DNA of 28,846 nucleotides, from contig CAYYIA010000001.1 of assembly GCA_964471875.1 (NCBI GenBank), positions 1-28,846 of the forward strand, written 5' to 3'. The notes beneath the pieces were generated by a model. The model did no database searches and had not been told where the DNA came from. It saw nothing but the letters and a program-made list of their open reading frames with translations. How positions within the stretch are numbered: position 1 is the first letter of the stretch; every line of letters starts with the position of its first letter. Origin of the DNA: an uncultured Acidimicrobiia bacterium. GTDB taxonomy: Bacteria > Actinomycetota > Acidimicrobiia > Spongiisociales > UBA11373. A program made the position numbers and the translations under genes. Positions 1 through 8,775 of this stretch are shown piece by piece.

Positions 1-13
1 AGGGCGATGCGCA

Positions 14-136
14 TCAGACCGGGGTCCAGGTGCCTCGCATGGGCGGCGCCGCCTCGGTCTTCCAGGCCCGCGCCACCGCGACCCCGGCGGCGGCCAGCAA
101 TGCCACGAGCACGATCCGCGCCACACGGGAAGGCAT
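14..136 (-). CDS. Small (40 aa) predicted single-TM protein
   Basis: MPSRVARIVLVALLAAAGVAVARAWKTEAAPPMRGTWTPV. TACACT -10 box 6 nt upstream of ATG. Its TGA overlaps (TGATG) a downstream ATG CGC ATC GCC that runs off the window. Confidence 0.5.
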   Translation of the reverse strand: MPSRVARIVLVALLAAAGVAVARAWKTEAAPPMRGTWTPV

Positions 137-176
137 TGGGGGAGTGTAGGGGAGGCTCGGGCCTTCGGCCCGAGCT

Positions 177-236
177 GCGAAAGGCGAAGGGCGAAAGGCG
201 AAGGCCGGTCCTGCTCTTCGCTCTTCGCCCTTCGCC
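177..236. repeat. Heptamer tandem repeats forming an inverted pair (GCGAA(A/G)G x4 / C(T/C)CTTCG x3)
   Basis: gcgaaag-gcgaagg-gcgaaag-gcgaagg at 177-204, then ctcttcg-ctcttcg-cccttcg at 214-234; intergenic between divergent genes. Confidence 0.85.
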
Positions 237-274
237 ACGCCCCGAGGGTCAGCCCGCACGACTACGCTCCGCCC

Positions 275-385
275 ATCGGTCAATAGACCGTGACGCGACG
301 TCCAGCGAAGTCCGGTGAGACTCCGGCGCTGTCCCGCAACCGTGAAGCCCCCTCGAGGGGACGAGTCGGGTCGCCTGACGTCGGG
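275..385 (+). ncRNA. Cobalamin riboswitch
   Basis: Core motifs AGCGAAG-TCCGGTGAGACTCCGG-CGCTGTCCCGCAACCGTG...GAGTCGG, directly upstream of a BtuFCD-type operon. Possible -10 TACGCT at 263-268. Boundaries approximate. Confidence 0.88.
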
Positions 386-437
386 TCGGAGAGGACACCT
401 TCGGAGGAAGGGTCGCCCGCCAACCGGCACGACACCT

Positions 438-464
438 CCTCCTCGGATATCGAGGAGGTTTTTT
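438..464 (+). terminator. Riboswitch expression platform: hairpin with U-tract that also sequesters the SD
   Basis: CCTCCTCG-gatat-CGAGGAGG followed by TTTTTT; the 3' arm is the GAGGAGG RBS of the ATG at 466. Confidence 0.75.
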
Positions 465-465
465 C

Positions 466-1353
466 ATGAAGCGACCACTTGTGGTCATCACGCTGCTGCT
501 GGCGATCGCCGCGTGCGGCGATTCCAGCGACGCCACCACTTCGGCGACGGTTGCGGGATTCCCGCGCGAGATCGCCGGGATCACCCTCACGGAGCCACCG
601 ACGCGGATCATCTCCGGATCGGCCACTCACACCGAGATCCTGTTTGCCATCGGCGCCGGCGAGGCGGTGGTGGCGGTGGACGCCTTCTCGGACTTCCCGG
701 CCGAGGCTGCCGAGCTGCCGCAACTCGATGCGTTCAACCCCAGCGTCGAGGGCTTTGCCGCCCTCGACCCCGATCTCGTCATCGTCACCTTCGATCCCAA
801 TGACCTGGTCGGCGGGTTGGGTGCGCTCGGAATCCCGGTGTGGGTGCTCGACGCCCCGACGACGGTGGACGGCGTGTACGAGCAGATCGCCGAGATCGGC
901 ATGGTCACGGGGCACTCCGACGAAGCGGCAGCGGTCGTCTCCGGGATGCGTGCCGAGATCGCCGAGATCGTCGCCGCCGTGGCCGCGCCTGCCGCCCCCT
1001 CCACGTACTACCACGAGCTCGACCCGACCTTGTTCACCATCGGGTCGGACACGTTCCTCGGATCGCTCTACGGGATGCTCGGTCTGACGAGCATCGCCGA
1101 TGCGGCAGGTGGCGGTTACCCGCAACTCTCCGCGGAGTTCGTGATCGCGGCCGATCCCGACTTCGTGTTCCTGGGTGATGGGGCCTGTTGCGGACAGACG
1201 GCCGAGGCCGTGGCGCAGCGACCCGGGTGGGACGCCATGTCGGCGGTGGCGCAGGACAAGGTCTTCGTCATCGACGAGGCGTTGGCTTCGCGCTGGGGAC
1301 CGCGCATCGTGGACTTCCTCGCCGCAGTCGCTGCCGCGATCGAGGAGATCTGA
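466..1353 (+). CDS. btuF: Cobalamin ABC transporter substrate-binding lipoprotein
   Basis: Lipobox (LAIAAC), periplasmic-binding-protein type III motifs (P.RIIS, E...ALDPDLV, E.VIAADPDFVFL, RWGPRI), downstream of a Cbl riboswitch. Confidence 0.88.
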   Translation: MKRPLVVITLLLAIAACGDSSDATTSATVAGFPREIAGITLTEPPTRIISGSATHTEILFAIGAGEAVVAVDAFSDFPAEAAELPQLDAFNPSVEGFAALDPDLVIVTFDPNDLVGGLGALGIPVWVLDAPTTVDGVYEQIAEIGMVTGHSDEAAAVVSGMRAEIAEIVAAVAAPAAPSTYYHELDPTLFTIGSDTFLGSLYGMLGLTSIADAAGGGYPQLSAEFVIAADPDFVFLGDGACCGQTAEAVAQRPGWDAMSAVAQDKVFVIDEALASRWGPRIVDFLAAVAAAIEEI

Positions 1354-2378
1354 TCAGTCGCCGCATTCCTCGCCGGGCGCTGCTCATCGCCACCGTGGTG
1401 GCGGTGGGCGCCGCTCTGGCTGGGGTGCTCGTCGGCCCGGCGGCACTGCGGCCCGACCGGGTGATCGCGGCACTGCTCGACCGCCTGCCGCTGGTCACCA
1501 TCGACTCGGGCCTCTCGGAGCGGGAGACGGCGATCCTCTTCCAGTTGCGGCTGCCCCGGGTCGTGCTCGGCCTGCTCGTCGGCGCCGTGCTCGCGGTGTC
1601 GGGTGGGGCCTACCAGGGTGTGTTCCGCAACGCCCTTGCCGATCCGTATCTGCTCGGTGTCGCCGCCGGTGCCGGCCTCGGCGCCACGCTGGCAATCGTC
1701 ACGGTCGGATCGGGTTCGGTGCTCGTCGGCGTTGCCGCATTCCTCACCGCGTTGGCCGCGGTGGTGGCGGCCTACGGGTTGGGGGCCGCAGCCGGGGGGA
1801 GGCGTTCCGGCTCGACGCTGATCCTGGCCGGCGTTGCCGTGGCAGCCTTTCTCACCGCGGCGCAGACCTTCATTCAGCAGCGCAACACCGACACCATCCG
1901 CGAGGTCTACTCGTGGATCCTCGGCCGATTGGGCACGGTGGGGTGGCGCGAGGTGGGTCTGCTGGCACCGTACGCCGCGATCTCGATCGTGGTGGTGCTG
2001 CTGCACCGCCGTCTGTTGGATGCGCTCGCCGTCGGCGAGGACGAGGCCCGCAGCCTCGGGGTGCGGCCGGAGCGGGTGCGGTTGACCGTGGTGCTCGCTG
2101 CCACCCTGGGCACCGCCGGAGCGGTGGCGGTGAGCGGGCTCATCGGCTTCGTCGGGATCATCGTCCCCCACATCATCCGGCTGCTCGTCGGCGGGTCGTA
2201 TCGGGTGATCCTTCCGCTCAGCGTCCTCGGTGGCGGAGCCTTCCTCGTCGTCGCCGACCTCATCGCCCGGACGGTGCTCAGCCCGGCCGAGGTTCCCATC
2301 GGGGTCATCACCGCCTTTGTCGGTGCGCCCTTCTTCCTGCTGGTGCTGCGGACCTCACAGCGGACGGGGGGGCGATGA
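1350..2378 (+). CDS. btuC: Cobalamin/iron-chelate ABC permease (FecCD family); start uncertain
   Basis: RLPRVVLG, FRNALADPYLLG, GEDEARSLGV, VSGLIGFVGIIVPH, EVPIGVITAFVGAPFF. The real start lies near 1350-1395, not at 1188. Confidence 0.88.
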   Translation: MISRRIPRRALLIATVVAVGAALAGVLVGPAALRPDRVIAALLDRLPLVTIDSGLSERETAILFQLRLPRVVLGLLVGAVLAVSGGAYQGVFRNALADPYLLGVAAGAGLGATLAIVTVGSGSVLVGVAAFLTALAAVVAAYGLGAAAGGRRSGSTLILAGVAVAAFLTAAQTFIQQRNTDTIREVYSWILGRLGTVGWREVGLLAPYAAISIVVVLLHRRLLDALAVGEDEARSLGVRPERVRLTVVLAATLGTAGAVAVSGLIGFVGIIVPHIIRLLVGGSYRVILPLSVLGGGAFLVVADLIARTVLSPAEVPIGVITAFVGAPFFLLVLRTSQRTGGR

Positions 2379-3145
2379 GCACCGTCGCCACCACGGATCT
2401 GATCGTCGCCTTCGGGGAGCGGCGCGCGGTCGATGGCGTCACCGTGAGCGTGTCCGCGGGGGAGTGGCTCGCCGTGGTGGGTCCCAATGGTGCCGGCAAG
2501 ACCTCACTGCTGCGGGCCATCGCCGGCACCGTCGCCTACCGCGGCTCGGTGCGGGTCGGAGGGGAGGAGGTGGCGGGCATGTCACCGCGGCGCGCCGCAG
2601 CGGCGATCGCGGTGGTCCCCCAGCACCGGGTGCTTCCCGACGACATGACGGTGTTCGACTACACCCTCCTGGGGAGGATCCCCCATACCGGCTACTTCGG
2701 CATCGAAGGTCCCCGCGATCTGGCGGCGGCCCGACACGCGCTGGAGCGCCTCGATGCGGCCGAACTCGAGTCGCGTCGTCTTGGCACCCTGTCGGGAGGC
2801 GAGTTGCAGCGGGTGGTATTGGCGCGCGCCCTCGCCCAGGAGTCCGGTGTGTTGCTCCTCGATGAACCCACGACCTCGCTCGACATCGGCCACACCCAAC
2901 AGGTGCTCGACCTCGTCGATGGTCTGCGAACCGAACGGGGTATCGCGGTGATCGCCGCGATCCACGATCTCACCTTCGCCGCTCAATACGCCGACTGGGT
3001 GCTGCTCCTCGATGGCGGGTCTGCCATCGCCCACGGGACCGCCAGCGATGTGCTCACCGAGGGCGCCATCTCGAGGTTCTCAGGAGCCCGCGTCCACCTG
3101 ATGCGAGGCCCCGGCGGCGAACCCGTGATCGTGCCTCGCCGTTGA
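2375..3145 (+). CDS. btuD: Cobalamin/iron-chelate ABC ATPase
   Basis: Walker A GPNGAGKT, signature LSGGELQR, Walker B LLLDEPT, H-loop IHDL; ATGA overlap with the permease. Confidence 0.9.
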   Translation: MSTVATTDLIVAFGERRAVDGVTVSVSAGEWLAVVGPNGAGKTSLLRAIAGTVAYRGSVRVGGEEVAGMSPRRAAAAIAVVPQHRVLPDDMTVFDYTLLGRIPHTGYFGIEGPRDLAAARHALERLDAAELESRRLGTLSGGELQRVVLARALAQESGVLLLDEPTTSLDIGHTQQVLDLVDGLRTERGIAVIAAIHDLTFAAQYADWVLLLDGGSAIAHGTASDVLTEGAISRFSGARVHLMRGPGGEPVIVPRR

Positions 3146-3550
3146 TCAGCCGGTGACGGTGATCGACCCGCTCATGCCGGGGTGGAACTCACAGAAGAAC
3201 TCGTAGCTTCCGGCGGCCTCGAACACGAAGGTGAACGACCCACCAGCGGGTATCGAGCCCGAAGCGAACGATCCGCCGACTGCGGTCCAGGTGTGTGACG
3301 AGCTGCTCTGGTTCGACACCGTCACCGTGTCACCTACCGCTGCCGTGGTGTCGCCTCCGAAAGCGAAGCCGATGATGGTGATCACGGCACCGGGCGTCGT
3401 GGTCGTCGTGGTGGATCCCGTGGCATAGGGGTTCACCGCTGGGGGCTCGTCGGAGAGGAAGCCCGAGGCGAACCCGAAGAGGGCTGCCACCCAGATGGCG
3501 GCCGCCACCACCAGCACGATCGCCACGATGCGTTGGGTGATGCGCTTCAT
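3146..3550 (-). CDS. Membrane-anchored cupredoxin (plastocyanin/azurin-like)
   Basis: N-terminal TM helix, Thr-rich linker, His (SHTWT) and C-x2-H-x2-M (FFCEFHPGM) type-1 copper ligands. Confidence 0.85.
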   Translation of the reverse strand: MKRITQRIVAIVLVVAAAIWVAALFGFASGFLSDEPPAVNPYATGSTTTTTTPGAVITIIGFAFGGDTTAAVGDTVTVSNQSSSSHTWTAVGGSFASGSIPAGGSFTFVFEAAGSYEFFCEFHPGMSGSITVTG

Positions 3551-3551
3551 G

Positions 3552-4106
3552 TCAGAACCCAGGGAACTCGACGGAGGTGAAGAACCACAGCGAGCTCGTC
3601 ATCCACAGCACGACGAGTCCGGTGAACACGACGCCTCCCGCCCAGGGAAGCGCCCATCCCGGAACCGACCGGTTGCGCACGATGAGCACCTTGGCGGCAA
3701 AGGCGCCGTAGAAGAAACAACCCACGAGTGAGTGCACCAGGATCCGGGTGCCGGCATCGCCGGTGAATCCCAGCGCCCACAGGCAGTGGTACGACACCGG
3801 GAGGGTGAAGACGAAGGCGAGGGTGCCCGAGATGCGGTGGGCGGAACCCAGCCACGAGGGTGCCGGCCCGCTCCCGAGCTTGCCGTAGATCCGCAGTGCC
3901 GATCCCAGTTGAAAGAGCCCGAGAGCCATGGCCGCGGTGGCGAGCCACACCTTGGCATTGATGGTGGCGGTGAAGAAGAGGCTCACCAGGGAGCGCCCGG
4001 TCGGATCATGCACGTTGCCGTACACCCCGAGGCCGATGGCCACGGCGCACCCGAGCAGCAGCGCCACCAGCAGGCCGGTCTTGCCAGGACGTACTGCGCT
4101 GGTCAT
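3552..4106 (-). CDS. DUF6529-like 4-TM membrane protein
   Basis: MTSAVRPG... start with GGGGAGAGG RBS; motifs KVWLAT, HRISG, YHCLWALGF, HSLVGCFFYGAFAAK, W.TSSLWFF; ends 1 nt before the cupredoxin start. Confidence 0.7.
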   Translation of the reverse strand: MTSAVRPGKTGLLVALLLGCAVAIGLGVYGNVHDPTGRSLVSLFFTATINAKVWLATAAMALGLFQLGSALRIYGKLGSGPAPSWLGSAHRISGTLAFVFTLPVSYHCLWALGFTGDAGTRILVHSLVGCFFYGAFAAKVLIVRNRSVPGWALPWAGGVVFTGLVVLWMTSSLWFFTSVEFPGF

Positions 4107-4199
4107 GCCTCTCCCCCTCAGAAGGACCCGGACCCTACTCGGGAGCACGGTCCCCTGTCGGGCAAACGCGATCCCGGCGGGTTCTAGGCTCGCGGCCCG

Positions 4200-5099
4200 A
4201 TGGTGCGTGTCGTCGCAGCCGTGTTCGTGCTGGTCGTCGGGTCGGGCGTGGCCTCGGCCCAGGAAACCGACGCGCCCGGCACGCCCCGCCTCATTCCCAT
4301 CGCCGAACTCACCACACGAGCGACGGCCCGCCTGGCGGCGATCCACGATCTCACCACCATGGTCGGCGCCGACTGGGCGACCGTGGCCCGCGCCGACATC
4401 GTCCACCTCGATGTGTTCATCGGGACACTGCGGATGGAGGCGGATCGCACGCTACGAGCCTCTCTGAGCCGGGAGGCAGTGGAGGGATTGCGGTCGTTGC
4501 CGCTCGATGCGGTGGCTCCGGCGATCACCGACACCCTCGGAGCCATCGGCCTCGACAGCGTGGAGACCTGGAGGGCCGAGGGGTTGGCCCCGGAGTGGTT
4601 GGCGTTCGCGGCGGTGATCGCCGAATTGCAGGAGGTCGCCGGAGGCTTGGGACCGGAGCGGGTGTGTCCCGTGGTAGGTGCCACCTGGTTCACCAACACC
4701 TGGGGAGAGGATCGACCCGGGGCCCGGTCGCACAAGGGCATCGACATGACCGGCAACCGCGGCATCCCGGTGCAGGCGATCGAGGACGGTGTCGTAATCC
4801 AGGCGAACTGGCATCGCCAGGGCGGTCGTCAGATCTGGGTGCGCGCCTTCGCCACCGGCGACGTCTACTACTACGCCCACCTCGACTACTGGGAGAAGTG
4901 GATCTGGACCGGCACCCGGGTCGAAGCCGGTGACGTCATGGGAACCCTGGGCTCGTCGGGCAACGCCGACTCGCCGCATCTGCACTTCGGTTGGATGCCC
5001 GGGTCCTATCGAGTGGATCTGGAGAACCTGCAGAACCCGTACCCGCTGTTGCTCGAGATCTGCCCACAGAACGACGTGCCGGAGTGGTTCTCGTGGTGA
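4200..5099 (+). CDS. Secreted M23-family metallopeptidase
   Basis: Signal peptide; HKGID (HxxxD) and PHLHF (HxH) zinc motifs; YYYAHL. Confidence 0.88.
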   Translation: MVRVVAAVFVLVVGSGVASAQETDAPGTPRLIPIAELTTRATARLAAIHDLTTMVGADWATVARADIVHLDVFIGTLRMEADRTLRASLSREAVEGLRSLPLDAVAPAITDTLGAIGLDSVETWRAEGLAPEWLAFAAVIAELQEVAGGLGPERVCPVVGATWFTNTWGEDRPGARSHKGIDMTGNRGIPVQAIEDGVVIQANWHRQGGRQIWVRAFATGDVYYYAHLDYWEKWIWTGTRVEAGDVMGTLGSSGNADSPHLHFGWMPGSYRVDLENLQNPYPLLLEICPQNDVPEWFSW

Positions 5100-5112
5100 C
5101 AGTGGTCGAGGC

Positions 5113-5337
5113 TCAGCCAGTGCCCTGCAGACGACCCCGGATCGATTCGACGCGCTTCACGTCCTTGGCGGTCACCAGGAGTCGGTGACCCTGGACGATC
5201 CCCATCACCGGATCGACACCCGACTCGTCGGCGGTGAGTAGCTCGAGCCGTATGCCGGCTCGACGGCAGGCCTCGGCAATCACTTGGGCCTGCAATCGGT
5301 CGGAACCGACAGGAACGTAGACCAGATCGGCGTTCAC
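5113..5337 (-). CDS. Small DUF2007-like (putative signal-transducing) protein
   Basis: VNADLVYV...LQAQVIAEACRRAGI...HRLLV pattern. GTG start supported by TACGAT -10 box 6 nt upstream. Confidence 0.55.
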   Translation of the reverse strand: MNADLVYVPVGSDRLQAQVIAEACRRAGIRLELLTADESGVDPVMGIVQGHRLLVTAKDVKRVESIRGRLQGTG

Positions 5338-5458
5338 GAGGGGATCGTACGACGGCGGGGATGCGTCGATCGGTCGTCGTGTCCCGAATTCGTACGACGA
5401 AAGTCCGTATCCCCATGGGAGGGTGGCGACTCGCCCGTGGGTAGAGGGAACCGGCCAC

Positions 5459-6475
5459 TCAGACGGTGAGCAACACCTTGATCGCACGCCGTCGATCCAT
5501 CGCCGCGTATCCCTCGGCGACCTCAGCGAGCGGCAGGGTCAGGTCGAAGACCCTTCCCGGATCGATCGTTCGGTCCCAAATGAGATCGATCAGGTGGGGG
5601 AGGAACCGTCGCACCGGCGCCGGTCCGCCGTGGAGGCGGACATGGGAGAAGAACAACTCGACACCAGGGATAGCGACGCCGTGGGGTACACCGACGAAGC
5701 CGACGTGACCCCCGGGACGCGTGACGCCGATCGCCTGCATCATGGCCTCTTGGGTGCCGACGGCCTCGACCGTCGAGTGCACACCGATCCCGTCCGTCAA
5801 CTCCTTGACCACCGCAACGCCATCGTCGCCCCGTTCCTCGATGATGTCGGTGGCACCGAACTCGCGGGCGAGGCGCTGGCGCGGCTCATGGCGGCTCATC
5901 GCGATGACCCGTTCGGAGCCGAGCATCCGGGCCGCCATCACGGCGAGGAGGCCGACGGCCCCGTCCCCCACCACGACCACCGTCTTGCCCGGACCGGCTT
6001 CGGCGGCGACGGCACCAAACCATCCCGTGCCGAGGACGTCTGAAGCCGCGAGCAGACTGGGAACGAGATCGGGTGGGGGCACCTCGGGTGTGGCGACCAG
6101 GGTGCCGTCGGCGAGGGGGATGCGGGCGTACTCGGACTGGGTGCCGCCCAAGCCCCGCCGATCCACGCATGACGTCTGGTACCCGTCGCGGCAGGGCGCA
6201 CAGGTGTTGTCGGATGCGAAGAACGAGCCGACCACGAACTGACCCGGTTTGACCGAGGTCACCGCCTTGCCGACCTCCTCGACGATGCCGGCGTACTCGT
6301 GACCCATGGGCGTCGGCTTGCGAATCGCGGAGATCCCCCGGTACGGCCACAGGTCCGACCCGCAGATGCAGGCGGCCGACAGTCGGATGATGGCGTCGGT
6401 CGACTCGACGATGGTTGGATCGTCCCGGACCTCGAGTCGGATGTCGCCGGGAGCGTGGAGGACGGCTGCTCTCAT
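5459..6475 (-). CDS. Zinc-dependent alcohol dehydrogenase family protein (MDR)
   Basis: MRAAVLH, CICGSDL, GHEYAG, structural Cys motif, GDGAVG Rossmann motif. Confidence 0.92.
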   Translation of the reverse strand: MRAAVLHAPGDIRLEVRDDPTIVESTDAIIRLSAACICGSDLWPYRGISAIRKPTPMGHEYAGIVEEVGKAVTSVKPGQFVVGSFFASDNTCAPCRDGYQTSCVDRRGLGGTQSEYARIPLADGTLVATPEVPPPDLVPSLLAASDVLGTGWFGAVAAEAGPGKTVVVVGDGAVGLLAVMAARMLGSERVIAMSRHEPRQRLAREFGATDIIEERGDDGVAVVKELTDGIGVHSTVEAVGTQEAMMQAIGVTRPGGHVGFVGVPHGVAIPGVELFFSHVRLHGGPAPVRRFLPHLIDLIWDRTIDPGRVFDLTLPLAEVAEGYAAMDRRRAIKVLLTV

Positions 6476-6565
6476 CGTCGTGACATGTTGGCAGCATCGT
6501 CCTGATGGTGTGATCGGCCTGCGACTCCCAGCCGACGATTTCGTGAGTCCCGTTACGCTGCTCCC

Positions 6566-7225
6566 ATGAGGGGGCTCCGGTCGACGCTGCTGCTTCCGCT
6601 CGTGGCGGCGTGTGCGTCGCCCACGGCGACACCGACATCGGTCCCGACGACCACGGTGGCTGCGACGACCACGCTGGCGCCACGGTTGGCATTCCCTCCG
6701 GAGACGGCGGTGTCCCTCGAGGCCGGTCGATACTCGAGCCAGCCTCCGTTCGACGTTGCGTTCAGCTTTGCGATTCCGGTCGAGGGATGGGGTACTGCCC
6801 ACCACCATGGCGAGTTCCTCGACGTCATGCAGCCGGTGGCGCTGGGGGTGTCACCGACGCGCTGGGTGGCTTTCGCCCGACCGCAGGTGATCCACGGGGC
6901 GGAGGACGTCGATGCCGCCGGTCTCGCACCGCTCGAGGTCGTCGCCGCCTTCGCAAGCCGCGGCGACATCGACATCGGCCAGGCCGAGGCGTACAGCATC
7001 GACGGCATCGAAGGCCTCCTGGTGGACATGTCCACCGATCAGCCCGACGTCAAGCCCTTCGGTGGGGAGGCGGGCGACCTCCAGCTCGACCCGGCGTACG
7101 AGGCGCGGACGATCATCGTCACCGTGGATGGCGCCCCGCTGCTCGTCATGGTCTTTGGCCGCCTCGGCGAGCTCGAGGAGGCGTGGGCCGACAGCCGTCC
7201 GATCGTCGACAGCATCGACTGGTGA
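6566..7225 (+). CDS. Hypothetical lipoprotein
   Basis: Lipobox LVAAC, Pro/Thr-rich linker; TACGCT -10 box 6 nt before ATG. Confidence 0.7.
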   Translation: MRGLRSTLLLPLVAACASPTATPTSVPTTTVAATTTLAPRLAFPPETAVSLEAGRYSSQPPFDVAFSFAIPVEGWGTAHHHGEFLDVMQPVALGVSPTRWVAFARPQVIHGAEDVDAAGLAPLEVVAAFASRGDIDIGQAEAYSIDGIEGLLVDMSTDQPDVKPFGGEAGDLQLDPAYEARTIIVTVDGAPLLVMVFGRLGELEEAWADSRPIVDSIDW

Positions 7226-7266
7226 ACCGACGGGGATGATCCCCGGAACCACACGGGAGGTTTCTC

Positions 7267-7659
7267 ATGCAGACTCGCTCGATCCCCTCCACCCCGGATG
7301 GCCGCTCCCCGGCCGGTGCCGAGATCCGGTACCTGATGGAGGGCGAGACCGGCGGCATGATCCACTCCACCGTGCCGCCGGGTCAGGTGAATCGAGCGAC
7401 CGTCCACGCCACCGTGAGCGAGTTCTGGCACGTGCTCTCGGGCGTGGGGCAGATCTGGCGACGAGACAACACCGGTGAGGAGACGACCGTTCTCGAGAGA
7501 GGCGTCTCCATCGACATACCCGTCGGGACCGCATTCCAGTACCGCTGCACCGGTGTGGACCCACTCCAGTTTCTCTGCATCACCATGCCTCCGTGGCCCG
7601 GCCATCACGAAGCGACGATCATCGAAGGGCCGTGGACGCCGAACGCGCCTGAGAGTTGA
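7267..7659 (+). CDS. Cupin domain protein
   Basis: ATVHATVSEFWHVLSGVG...IDIPVGTAFQYR cupin-like motifs; GGGAGG RBS. Confidence 0.8.
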   Translation: MQTRSIPSTPDGRSPAGAEIRYLMEGETGGMIHSTVPPGQVNRATVHATVSEFWHVLSGVGQIWRRDNTGEETTVLERGVSIDIPVGTAFQYRCTGVDPLQFLCITMPPWPGHHEATIIEGPWTPNAPES

Positions 7660-7688
7660 CGACGGCGGCACCCCTGAGCGCCGGGGCG

Positions 7689-8720
7689 CTACAGGCGGTT
7701 GGCGAGCACCTGTTGGATCGCCCACAGCGCCATCGGGGTGACCACGACACTGGTGAACCTGCGGAGGGTGCCCGGCCGCCACGGCCAGGTCGGAATCGCC
7801 CTGAGTTCATCACGGGCGCGCAGGAGTCCCGACATGACGCTGTCGACTCTCGTCGCATCTTCGAGGCGATCGTCGGCGATGGCCCGATACAGCTTGGCGC
7901 GGGTGCTCTCGATCACGGCCGCGTTCTCGTCGATCAACTCGGTCCTGGCGTCTTCCAGCCGCTGGTGGATGCCGCGCAGCGGGACCAGGAAGAGTGCGAA
8001 GGCCGCGATGATGGCGATCACCGAGAACGAGCCAACGATCGCCCAGTCACCTCCCGTGGAGGTGTCCTCCAGGAAGATCGCCGAAGCGAGGTTGGCGTTG
8101 GACACCAGCACCCAGAGCAGGCCCGCCTGCATCGTCAGGTTGGACAAGGCGAACAGCGGGCGCTGATGGAGGAGCGGAACCCGCTCCACCAGGTCGTAGA
8201 TCGACTTCACCGACCGCAGGAGCCGAACGGTGAAGTAGACGAGCACCGGGACCAGGCCGAAGGCAAGCATCATCACCGGGAAGCCCAGGGCATAGGACGC
8301 CGGGTGTTGCACGGTCGAATCGAAGGCGATCCCGATCGCGAGCGCGGCTGCGGTGACGACGGTCATCAGGAGGACCGGTCGGGCCGGCATCGTCAGCATC
8401 CGATAACGGGCCTCCGCGTACTCACGCGGTCGGTCTGACACGACCGGGGCGAACCGATCGAGGCCGCGTCGGGCCAGGCGACCCAGGTAGTGGATCCAGC
8501 CGAGGGGAAGCGCCACCCAAACGGTGTTGGCCAACCACGCCCGGTCTAGTTCGCCGACGGGAAGCTCGCCGTCGAGCCACATGGTGGTGTGCTGCATGAG
8601 CGACCCGACGACGTACAGGCCCACGTAGAAGATCCATTTCGGAAACGGCAGGCGATCGATCTGGGCGATGAGACGGTCGACCCAACTCGGACGGTACGGG
8701 GGTTCAGGGGTGTCGGGCAT
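7689..8720 (-). CDS. Hypothetical multi-pass membrane protein
   Basis: About 7 hydrophobic segments; no recognisable catalytic motif. Confidence 0.75.
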   Translation of the reverse strand: MPDTPEPPYRPSWVDRLIAQIDRLPFPKWIFYVGLYVVGSLMQHTTMWLDGELPVGELDRAWLANTVWVALPLGWIHYLGRLARRGLDRFAPVVSDRPREYAEARYRMLTMPARPVLLMTVVTAAALAIGIAFDSTVQHPASYALGFPVMMLAFGLVPVLVYFTVRLLRSVKSIYDLVERVPLLHQRPLFALSNLTMQAGLLWVLVSNANLASAIFLEDTSTGGDWAIVGSFSVIAIIAAFALFLVPLRGIHQRLEDARTELIDENAAVIESTRAKLYRAIADDRLEDATRVDSVMSGLLRARDELRAIPTWPWRPGTLRRFTSVVVTPMALWAIQQVLANRL

Positions 8721-8775
8721 GGGGGGCGACCCTAGCGGCGTGTCCGGGAGGACTTGGGCCCCCTTCCTTGCCGCA

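Noticed and set aside
1175-2374. N-terminal extension of the 656-aa ORF (apparent fused ABC ATPase)
   Set aside because: It is an off-frame overlap of btuF/btuC; the real ATPase starts at ATG 2375.
6551-6559. CGTTACG near 6551 as another operator copy
   Set aside because: It is not a full CCGTAACG, has no second repeat, and is explained by the TACGCT -10 box of the 6566 gene.
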